From an uncultured bacterium (GTDB taxonomy: Bacteria; B130-G9): DNA of 64,000 bases. Position numbers and translations under genes: made by a program. The stretch covers positions 1-64,000 of the forward strand of contig CBDVDH010000009.1 in the NCBI GenBank assembly GCA_965372715.1. The letters are read 5' to 3'. Positions 47,926-55,950 of the stretch are shown piece after piece (position 1 is the first letter of the stretch; each line of letters starts with the position of its first letter). Below the pieces are notes generated by a model. That model did no database searches. It had not been told where the DNA came from and saw only the letters and a program-made list of their open reading frames with translations.

Positions 47926-49038
47926 CTATTCAAGAAGCTGCTTCAGCGTCGCGATGAACTTCTCGTTCTGCTCTTGCGTGCCAATCGTAACCCTGAGCTT
48001 AGTCTTGTAGCCCCAGGCGGCCATTGGCCGGACAATCACGCCCAGCCCCAGCAGCTTGTCATAAAGCTCGACGCAGTCATGTCCAACGTCAATCAGGATG
48101 AAGTTCGCGCTCGTAGGCACGTATTCAAGGCCCATCTCCGGGAGCACTTTGTAGAAGTACTCCTTCCCCGCCTCGTTTACCTGCTGGCTTTGCTTGACGT
48201 GTTCCTGGTCCGAAAGAGCGGCGAGCGCCGCAACCTGCGCGGCTGAGGTGACGTGAAAGGGCCGCCTGATACGATCGATGCAGTCCACGAGCCAATCCGG
48301 ACCGAAGCCATAGCCCACACGAAGGCCGGCTAGACCATGAATCTTGCTGAAAGTCCGCAATATGACAATGTTGCGGCCAGCGCGGAAGAACTTCATCGTG
48401 TCCGGGAACGTCCCATCAACGTTGTACTCAAAATACGCCTCGTCCATGACTACGACCACGTCGTCCGAGACGCGCGACATGAACTCGTCAACCTCCTCCT
48501 GCCCCACGAGTGTCCCGGTCGGGTTGTTGGGGTTCGCGATGTATATGAGCTTGGTTCTGGGCCTGATCATATCGGCCATGCCCCGAAGGTCGTGAGCATA
48601 ATCCTTGAGCGGGACGGCAACTATGTGGGCGCTGCAAGATGTTGCCACGATCCGATACATGATAAAGGAGGGCTGCGCAAAGATGACCTCATCCCCTCGC
48701 GAGAGGAGCACTTTGCCTATCAACTCGAGCAGCTCGCACGAGCCGCTGCCAGTCAAGACGTTCTCCATCGGCGCCGAGAACCGATCTGATAGCTCTTTCT
48801 TCAGCAGATAGCAGCCCCCATCGGGATACAGATGGACGTTGGGCATGAAGTTCTGTAAGGCAGCAACGGCCTTCGGCGATGGGCCGAGTGGGTTCTCGTT
48901 TGAGGCGAGCTTCACAACGTCGGTAAGGCCAAGCTCGCGTTGGACCTCCTCGATTGGCTTGCCGGGTTTATATGGCCGAATCTTCAGTACACTGGGTCGA
49001 ACCAGTCGCTTGCTAAAGTCAACCTCCGTTTCAGACAT
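47926..49038 (-). CDS. hisC: Histidinol-phosphate aminotransferase
   Basis: PYKPG, KLASNENP, NPNNPTG, DEAY, RTFSKIHGLAGLRVGY, LRVTIGT. Confidence 0.96.
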   Translation of the reverse strand: MSETEVDFSKRLVRPSVLKIRPYKPGKPIEEVQRELGLTDVVKLASNENPLGPSPKAVAALQNFMPNVHLYPDGGCYLLKKELSDRFSAPMENVLTGSGSCELLELIGKVLLSRGDEVIFAQPSFIMYRIVATSCSAHIVAVPLKDYAHDLRGMADMIRPRTKLIYIANPNNPTGTLVGQEEVDEFMSRVSDDVVVVMDEAYFEYNVDGTFPDTMKFFRAGRNIVILRTFSKIHGLAGLRVGYGFGPDWLVDCIDRIRRPFHVTSAAQVAALAALSDQEHVKQSQQVNEAGKEYFYKVLPEMGLEYVPTSANFILIDVGHDCVELYDKLLGLGVIVRPMAAWGYKTKLRVTIGTQEQNEKFIATLKQLLE

Positions 49039-49128
49039 TGTGACCACCTCGAATTGAGTTATTCCGACAGTACTCTTTGATGAGGAGCGCTCTCCCGAAA
49101 GTGACGCTGGGAAATTCGTCGCACACTC

Positions 49129-49683
49129 TCAGTCAATGGGGAAGATCTCCTTTTCGTAGTGCACGTTTATTACCTGCGCCATTGCCAAGTAAATCGCAGA
49201 GAAGCCGCATAGTATCCCCTCCCAACCTGCAACGACTTTGAGGCATCTGCTTCCCGTGAAGTCGGCAACCGACAGCAGCCAGAAAAGAACGGTCAGCGAG
49301 ACGAACACCACCCTCAGCGCGACCGGCGCCCTCCACGTGGCGATCGTCATGAGGAAAGTAAAAAAGCCCCACATGAACAGATATGCGGCCATGGCCGTGT
49401 CCGTGGGCGCCCTCCCAATGCCCATTGCGGGCGCAATTAGCAGGAAGACGAGACTCAGCCAAAACAGCCCGTATGAACAAAAGGCCACGACGCCAAACGT
49501 GTTGCCTTGCTTGTACTCCATTATGCCTGCGATTATTTGCGCAAGACCGCCGTAAAATATCCCCATTGCCAATATCATTGAGTCGAGCGGGAAGAATCCG
49601 GCGTTGTGAAGATTCAGAAGAACCGTTGTCATCCCGAAACCCATCAGCCCAAGTGGCGCAGGGTTCGCTAGCTTGTCGTTCAT
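49129..49683 (-). CDS. satP: Acetate/succinate uptake transporter (GPR1/FUN34/YaaH family)
   Basis: NPAPLGLMGFGMTTVLLN signature, six TMs. Confidence 0.95.
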   Translation of the reverse strand: MNDKLANPAPLGLMGFGMTTVLLNLHNAGFFPLDSMILAMGIFYGGLAQIIAGIMEYKQGNTFGVVAFCSYGLFWLSLVFLLIAPAMGIGRAPTDTAMAAYLFMWGFFTFLMTIATWRAPVALRVVFVSLTVLFWLLSVADFTGSRCLKVVAGWEGILCGFSAIYLAMAQVINVHYEKEIFPID

Positions 49684-49818
49684 TTCTACTCCAGCAAGTC
49701 CACAGCTTCTCCACTAGACGAAATCAGGGCGGCAAAATAGCATAAAGGTCGGTTTTGGTCAAGCAAAAACCGCACCGACGACCCCTGCAAGAAGCTGGCA
49801 CGGGGCGCCACGAATCGC

Positions 49819-51759
49819 TCAGGCCGTGGCCACCATGCTGCTTTCATTGCCCGTGGAGCGTTGCGTCAGAAGAGAGACAACCACGAGCGTAATGAAGCTC
49901 AGTGGTATCGAGATGATCCCTGGATTGTCGAGCGCAAACGGCGCCTCGGACGCGAGCTTCCCATACCTGACATACATGCTTGGCGAGAGCAGGATGAGCC
50001 CGACCGCCGAAACGATGCCAACCCCAATCGAGGCGGCGATCCCTCTTTTTGTGGTCTTTTTCCAGAAGAGCAGCATTATGATGGAAGGCAAGTTGGCCGA
50101 GGCGGCAACCGCAAAGGCCCATCCGACCAGGAAGGAGACGTTCATCCCCTTGAAGACGATGCCCAGAATTATGGCCACGACGCCGACCACAACAGCTGTT
50201 ACTTTGCCGGCAACAACCTTCGTCTTGTCGGACATCTTCATCCCCATGAGTTTATCCATGAAATCGTGGGCGACCGCCCCTGTCGATGCAACGATCAGAC
50301 CGCTGACCGTGCCCAATACAGTGGCAAAAGCGATGGCCGTGATGATCGAGAAAAGCGTCGTTCCAAACGACTGAGCCAGAAGCGGCGCGGACATGTTGTT
50401 GTCGGTGATGTTCACAACCCCGCTGACCATCGCGCCCAGGCCAAGGTACATTGTCAGAATATAGAAAAAGCCGATTGCGGCGATTGCGACAATAGTCGAT
50501 TTGCGGGCGCAGGCCGCGCTTGGGACAGTGTAATATCTGATGAGTATGTGGGGCAGAGCAGCCGTCCCGAAGAACAGCGCCAGCATCAGTGAGATGAAAT
50601 TCAACGTTTCAATAGGCGCACGGCCCACTTTGAACTTCAGGCCCGGACGCATCACGCGGCGCCCCTCAGTTGGCTTCTGATAATAGACCGTCACCCTGTC
50701 ATCGCCGTCCCTTAAGACCTTCTTTTCCCAAAGGACAACCGTGCTGTCCTTGATCGCGGAAAGGAACGAGATCGGGCCCAACGAGCCTGTCTTGTCAACC
50801 GGCTTGCCGTCGATCCTGATTTCCTTCAGATGGCCCACCTGAAAGAACCTGCCGGCCTTCTTCGGGGCACCGTTGTAGAGCTTTTCGCCGTCAGGACGAA
50901 TCGTTACGGTGAGCGTTTCCTCAAGAGTGTAACCCTCGCCTCGCTTCTCGATTTTCCAGAAGGACGTTATCCCGGCCTGTTCGAGCTTCATGAAACCATC
51001 TTTGAAGTAGGGTGTGTCCTGCCAGCCGGCGGGCACATTGTAGGACGGGTCCGAAAGCGTCAATGTGTCATCATTAGCTACTTCCGCCTCGAGCGTCTTG
51101 AATTTATGGTATGGCTTGTCGCCGCCGTGGTCCGGACTCGTGGAGAGGCCGCGATTGAAGAGGCAGATGACGAGTACCGTAGAAAAGATTATTAAAAGGC
51201 CGCCCTTAAGGAACTGGACATAAGTTGTCGAGGCCATTCCCGCCGTCGCCACAATAACGATAACCGTGCCACCCACGATTACGACGCCGAGCCAATGAGG
51301 CAGTCCGAGAAGCGGTGTGACCAGAGCTCCCGCTCCGACCATCTGCGGAATAAGGTAAAACATGGAGACAATCAACGTGCTGATGCCAGCCATCAGCTGG
51401 ATACCCTTCGATTGGAATTTGGAATCCAAAGCGTCCGTGAACGTGTATTTCCCGAGCCGCTTCATCGCCTCGGCCACGACAAAAAGCGCAACGATCCAGC
51501 CAGCTAGGAACCCGATCGAGTAGAGAAAACCATCGTAGCCAACTACGGCGATCATGCCGCAAATGCCCAAGAATGACGCCGCAGAGAGATAGTCCCCCGC
51601 AAACGCGATGCCGTTCACCGACCAGTGGATCGTTCCGCCCGCGGCGAAATAACCCTTGGGAGACTTCGTCCGGCGTCCGAGATACACCGACAACCAGATC
51701 ACGAAAAGAACGAGTGCAAAAAACAGGGCAATGGCCAGATAGCACTTCTGATATATCAC
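49819..51759 (-). CDS. actP: Cation/acetate symporter (SSS family) with a large soluble insertion
   Basis: NGIAFAGDYLSAASFLG, YLIPQMVGAG, FGTAALPHILIRYYTVP, AFAVAASANLP; GTG start overlaps the DUF485 stop. Confidence 0.9.
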   Translation of the reverse strand: MIYQKCYLAIALFFALVLFVIWLSVYLGRRTKSPKGYFAAGGTIHWSVNGIAFAGDYLSAASFLGICGMIAVVGYDGFLYSIGFLAGWIVALFVVAEAMKRLGKYTFTDALDSKFQSKGIQLMAGISTLIVSMFYLIPQMVGAGALVTPLLGLPHWLGVVIVGGTVIVIVATAGMASTTYVQFLKGGLLIIFSTVLVICLFNRGLSTSPDHGGDKPYHKFKTLEAEVANDDTLTLSDPSYNVPAGWQDTPYFKDGFMKLEQAGITSFWKIEKRGEGYTLEETLTVTIRPDGEKLYNGAPKKAGRFFQVGHLKEIRIDGKPVDKTGSLGPISFLSAIKDSTVVLWEKKVLRDGDDRVTVYYQKPTEGRRVMRPGLKFKVGRAPIETLNFISLMLALFFGTAALPHILIRYYTVPSAACARKSTIVAIAAIGFFYILTMYLGLGAMVSGVVNITDNNMSAPLLAQSFGTTLFSIITAIAFATVLGTVSGLIVASTGAVAHDFMDKLMGMKMSDKTKVVAGKVTAVVVGVVAIILGIVFKGMNVSFLVGWAFAVAASANLPSIIMLLFWKKTTKRGIAASIGVGIVSAVGLILLSPSMYVRYGKLASEAPFALDNPGIISIPLSFITLVVVSLLTQRSTGNESSMVATA

Positions 51760-52049
51760 TTCCTGCGTCCCCCGAGGGTCTCGCCGTGCTTCCGCTCCTC
51801 TTTGCTGCACAAGTTCGTGTAAATCATCGCCATAATCAACGCCAAGACTATGAGCCCCATGCCATAGACAATGGCCAGGTTCAGGCCGCCGATATCCGCA
51901 CCCATAAGCGTCGGCTTCACGCTGTTGATCACCACGAAGCCGAAATAAACGACGCAGTAGATTAGAAACATCCTCACGCCGAGCCGCGTCTTGTAGGCCG
52001 ATGACTTCTCATCCGTGTGCTCAGCCTGAGCTCCATGCTCTTCCGCCAT
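51756..52049 (-). CDS. DUF485 membrane protein (YjcH-like partner of ActP)
   Basis: Two TMs, Y..F......P..M.....G.N.A...G pattern, translationally coupled to actP. Confidence 0.85.
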   Translation of the reverse strand: MAEEHGAQAEHTDEKSSAYKTRLGVRMFLIYCVVYFGFVVINSVKPTLMGADIGGLNLAIVYGMGLIVLALIMAMIYTNLCSKEERKHGETLGGRRK

Positions 52050-52212
52050 GCTTCGCTCCTTGGTTTGAGTGGTTTGTGTGGCGGCTAAACATTATCGGTA
52101 CGAAGCAAAAAAGCAAGCGGGAATCGGGGAGTTTCCGTGGAACGGAAACGGGCGAAAAGGGGAAGGGGGCGAAAGGAATAAGGCCCTTGATGGGCTTGCT
52201 TGACAAGCCTCG

Positions 52213-52255
52213 AGGAAATCGTAGTCAGCGTCGCGGAGGTTGCCGAACGAGGCGT
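52213..52255 (-). pseudogene. 43-bp diverged duplicate of an internal segment of the radical SAM gene
   Basis: 38/43 identical to 53290-53332; encodes ASFGNLRDADYDFL versus ASFGNVRDADYDFL. Confidence 0.8.
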
Positions 52256-52418
52256 TGGCTGACACGAAGCGTTGATTCGGCCGGAGACCCAGGCGTCGTT
52301 TTCATCGCTGTTAGATGGTTCACTTGGGGCTTGCAGTCCACAAACCAGAATCGTATGATCCGCCGCAAGAACAAAGAAACAGTTGTATTACTTTCACAAT
52401 AATAAAGGAGGAGGTCTG

Positions 52419-52853
52419 ATGAGGTCTCTTCGCACACCACTAGCAGTCTTATTCGTTGTAGTTGCTTGCGCGGTCTTGATGGGCTGCAGCGCAAGCGGCC
52501 CGATGTTCGTCCCGTTGGGGAACATGCCCTCGGACCAGGGGATCATCTATGTCTACAGACCCTCAACCTTTGTCGGCTCCGCGATAAGGCCCAAGCTCGA
52601 GATTGACGGGCAACTCATCTGCAAACTGCCGAACGGAGGGTATTACGCTCACATATGTGACCCGGGGGAGGTCGTTGTCATGGCCAAGACTGAGGTAAGA
52701 AAGGACCTTACGATAAGAGTGAAGCCGGGCGAGACCTACTATGTCAGAATGAGAATCATAATGGGCGTGTTCATGGGACGACCTGAGCTGATCCCCGTGT
52801 CACAGTTCCAGGGCGAAACGGAGATCAGGAAGTGCAATTTGGTTTCGCCTTAA
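52419..52853 (+). CDS. DUF2846 family lipoprotein
   Basis: Lipobox LMGC-SASG, IYVYRP, L.NGGY, GETYYVR; SD AGGAGG; upstream TTGCAG-17-TATGAT (52331-52359). Confidence 0.85.
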   Translation: MRSLRTPLAVLFVVVACAVLMGCSASGPMFVPLGNMPSDQGIIYVYRPSTFVGSAIRPKLEIDGQLICKLPNGGYYAHICDPGEVVVMAKTEVRKDLTIRVKPGETYYVRMRIIMGVFMGRPELIPVSQFQGETEIRKCNLVSP

Positions 52854-53059
52854 AGAACTGCGCTTGGCGCTTGTATGAGCGGCCTTTGGCAGGCGCAGAC
52901 CAGCCCGGCTGCTGCGTTTTATACAGACCTTCAATCGCTTTGCGATTGATGGCGGGTCGCTCAGATTGCGCAGCGATATGAGCGGCGAGGCGTTTCCGTT
53001 CGCTCACGTCTGGCCATGTAGGCCGTGCGGCGCATGGCACAGAAGCCGCGGAGGGGTCT

Positions 53060-53088
53060 GGGGATTCGCCGTACGGCGAACTGTCCCC
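53060..53088. repeat. Hairpin with perfect 16-bp palindrome between convergent genes
   Basis: GGGGA-TTCGCCGTACGGCGAA-CTGTCCCC. Confidence 0.6.
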
Positions 53089-53126
53089 AGCTCTAATAAG
53101 CCGCTTGCACAACCACGCAGCCTACC

Positions 53127-54278
53127 CTATCGGAACGCCGCGTGGCGGGCGAACGTGGCGGCGGTCTTCAGCAGCCAGCCGGGGCTGAGGAGTATGTTGG
53201 AGTAGGCTTGGTTGGCGAGGGGGCAGAAGCACTCGCCTCGTCGGATTGACGCCCGGACTGCGTTCGCTTGCTCTGAGTGCCAAATCTTCAGGAAGTCGTA
53301 ATCGGCGTCGCGCACGTTGCCGAACGAGGCGTCGCCGGCCATCGTGCAGCATGGCCAGACGGCGCCGTAGGGGTCCAGGTGTGCGTTCGAGATGCCAGCG
53401 TAGCATGGGATGACCTGCCTCTGCTCGTGAAGCGTCCTGACGGCGAGGTCGTAATAGACGAGGCGCAGCGATTCGAGTATTCGGGTGTAGAGCCTCTTCC
53501 CTTTGAGGCTCTCGATGGTTTTTCTCTTGAAGAGCTCGGTCGCGCGCTGGTATTCCGCCGCCGATGGGGTGATGTTCGTCTCGCGGTTTGCGAACTCTGT
53601 CCTGACCTCTGCGAGCTCGTTGCGATAGCTCTGGACGCCGAGCGAGTGGACGAATGACGCTATCTCGTCGATGCTGTCTGAGTTGAGGCGCGAGATGACG
53701 GTGCCGACCTCAACGATGAAGTTGGGGTATCGCTTGGAGAGCGGCAGTAGCCTTTCTATCGTCTCGATGACCTTGTCGAAGGCGCCGGGAACGCCTCGTA
53801 TCTCGTCGTGCTGCTCATAAAGGCCGTCGAGTGAGGGCTTGACGGAGAGCTTCACGCCGGGGCTGGTCTTGTCGATGTGCCCGAGCATCTTGATGACATC
53901 CCGCTCGATGCGTTCCGGTGTCAGGGCGTTCGTGGGGATATGGACTATGTTCGGGCGGAGGCGGTTAACCGCCAAAATCACTATGTCGGGCAGATCGTCG
54001 CGGAGGAACGGTTCGCCGCCGCTGACGTTAAAGAAAGCTACCTTGCCCATGCTGCGGAAGACTCTGTCGACCTCGTGGAGCGAGAGCTCGTCCGGAGCGA
54101 GTTCAGGCCGCTCCTCGTAGAACTTCCATATCAGGCAGGTCTTACACCTGGACTGGCAACGATTGGTTACCGAAAACGTGAGCGTTATCGGCAGTGTCGG
54201 CCTCACGACGCCGCGCCTGGCCAGGTGGAAGCTGATAGCTCTTAATAGACTCCCCAGATGGCTAGTGGTTAGCCGCAT
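53127..54278 (-). CDS. Radical SAM protein with SPASM/twitch domain
   Basis: CQSRCKTC (CxxxCxxC), SGGEPFLR, SLDG...HD.IRG, CYAG...G.V.PCC...FGNV...IWHS...C.C. Confidence 0.92.
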   Translation of the reverse strand: MRLTTSHLGSLLRAISFHLARRGVVRPTLPITLTFSVTNRCQSRCKTCLIWKFYEERPELAPDELSLHEVDRVFRSMGKVAFFNVSGGEPFLRDDLPDIVILAVNRLRPNIVHIPTNALTPERIERDVIKMLGHIDKTSPGVKLSVKPSLDGLYEQHDEIRGVPGAFDKVIETIERLLPLSKRYPNFIVEVGTVISRLNSDSIDEIASFVHSLGVQSYRNELAEVRTEFANRETNITPSAAEYQRATELFKRKTIESLKGKRLYTRILESLRLVYYDLAVRTLHEQRQVIPCYAGISNAHLDPYGAVWPCCTMAGDASFGNVRDADYDFLKIWHSEQANAVRASIRRGECFCPLANQAYSNILLSPGWLLKTAATFARHAAFR

Positions 54279-54310
54279 AACTTCACATCATGTTCACAAG
54301 GCCCATTCTC

Positions 54311-54401
54311 ACCACAGAGACACAGAGACACAGAGAAACGGAAAGAAAGGGTATGAGGGAAAGGACAAGGGTACTTCTCTGTATCTCTGTGTCTCTGTGG
54401 T
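54311..54401. repeat. Miniature inverted-repeat element built from CACAGAGA octamers
   Basis: ACCACAGAGACACAGAGACACAGAGAA (54311-54337) pairs with TTCTCTGTATCTCTGTGTCTCTGTGGT (54375-54401), one mismatch. Confidence 0.9.
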
Positions 54402-54405
54402 AGGG

Positions 54406-55950
54406 TCATTTTCCTAGTGCGCGGTCGAGGCTGGCGACGGTGCTGAGGTAGTCGTATATCGCCCTTATGTGGTCGATTCTGGCGGCGGTGTAGTCGTTCT
54501 CAGCCGTGATAAGGTCTCTATTGGTAATCAGGCCCTCCTCGTAGCTCAATCTGGCCAGCTCAAGCTGCTCAGATGCTATCTGCTCGGCTCTTTCGAGATA
54601 CTCGATGTCCTCCGCAAGCTTCTTGAGCTGCCTCGAAAGCTCCCGTATCGAGACCGCTATCTCACGTTCTGCGTCCTTAAGCGTCCTCGCAAACTGGCGG
54701 GACGCGATCTTTGATTGAACGAGGAGCTCATCGTCCGATATGTCGAAGAAGCCATGGTCAAACTTCAAGCTGAACCCCCAGACGCGCTCGGTAACGTCAA
54801 GTGACTCGCGGAACTTGTCGTCGCTCTCCGACATCCTGAAGCTTCCTTCTGCCTCAAGCGTTGGCAGCATGTTGTTCCGCGCGCTCTCCTCAGAGACTTT
54901 GTATTTGTCGAGCTGCACTCGCATCGCTCTCATATCCGGCCTAGCGCGAAAAGCCTTCTCTATCCATTCCTCGGTCCGAATCGGTATCCGCTCCTTGCCG
55001 GCGCCCGGAACTGGCGTGACCCGCGCGCCGATGTCCAGTCCCATCAGCTCAACCAGGCCGTCGATAGCGCTTTGAAGCTGTTTCTTGGCCGTGTTGAGGT
55101 CGCGCTTGCGGTTTATGTGAACCAGCTCCGCCCTCGAATGGTCGAGGCGCGACGAAAGTCCCTCCGTAAGCCTGAGCCGCGCTATCTTTAAGTCCTGCTC
55201 CGATGCCGCAAGCGCAGTCTTCATCACCGTGATGTATTCCTGGGACTTGAGCACAGCGTAGAAGGACTGCTTGACCAAAAGCGAGAGGTCAAGAAGTAAG
55301 TCCTCAAGATCAAGCTTGGCCAACGCAACGTCAAGCTCTGCCTGCCTCAACGAGGCGGTCGCCGCTGACTGGAAGGCGCCTCTCAAGAACTGCTGCGATA
55401 CAGATAGGCCGAACGAGCTCGCGAATTCGGACTTCGAGCCGAACGAGTCGGGATAAAGGGAGCTCACCAAGTCGGCGCGGTATTCCGATTCGTGTTCCGT
55501 CCAGTCGAGATTGCTACTCAATGACACCGTGCCGCCGTATTTGTGTGTCTGAGCGAGCGAGAAGCCCAGCTGGTTGCTATAGTCCTGAACGAGATGCGAG
55601 TTATAGACTGAGCCGAGATAAGTAGAATGCAGCATCGGCCGGAAGCTGCCCTGCTGAATCGCAAGCGACGATTCTGCCGTGCTCACGGAGTCTCTTCTTA
55701 TTATCAACCCGAGGTTCTTCTCAATCGCGATATCTATGCAGTCCTGAAGCGACAGACGGAGCGGTTCTTCGTTTGCGGGGACAGGCTTTGGCGTGTGCAA
55801 TTGTGGGCTCTGCTCTGCCTGTGCCACAGCAACAGCGGCAAAAAAGAGGCACAGAAAGCCCAGAGAATATCGAACCGGGGCAAAAGAAAAGGCGGGCAGG
55901 ACAGACCCACCCGCCTTCTTAGAACAAGTCCGCAAATCTACTCTACTCAA
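54406..55950 (-). CDS. TolC family outer-membrane efflux/secretion protein
   Basis: Signal peptide, LSL..CI..A...N..L, two helical/beta repeats (G..SRLD, RPD, LPTL, Y..GL....D...A), terminal L..A.G. Confidence 0.9.
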   Translation of the reverse strand: MSRVDLRTCSKKAGGSVLPAFSFAPVRYSLGFLCLFFAAVAVAQAEQSPQLHTPKPVPANEEPLRLSLQDCIDIAIEKNLGLIIRRDSVSTAESSLAIQQGSFRPMLHSTYLGSVYNSHLVQDYSNQLGFSLAQTHKYGGTVSLSSNLDWTEHESEYRADLVSSLYPDSFGSKSEFASSFGLSVSQQFLRGAFQSAATASLRQAELDVALAKLDLEDLLLDLSLLVKQSFYAVLKSQEYITVMKTALAASEQDLKIARLRLTEGLSSRLDHSRAELVHINRKRDLNTAKKQLQSAIDGLVELMGLDIGARVTPVPGAGKERIPIRTEEWIEKAFRARPDMRAMRVQLDKYKVSEESARNNMLPTLEAEGSFRMSESDDKFRESLDVTERVWGFSLKFDHGFFDISDDELLVQSKIASRQFARTLKDAEREIAVSIRELSRQLKKLAEDIEYLERAEQIASEQLELARLSYEEGLITNRDLITAENDYTAARIDHIRAIYDYLSTVASLDRALGK

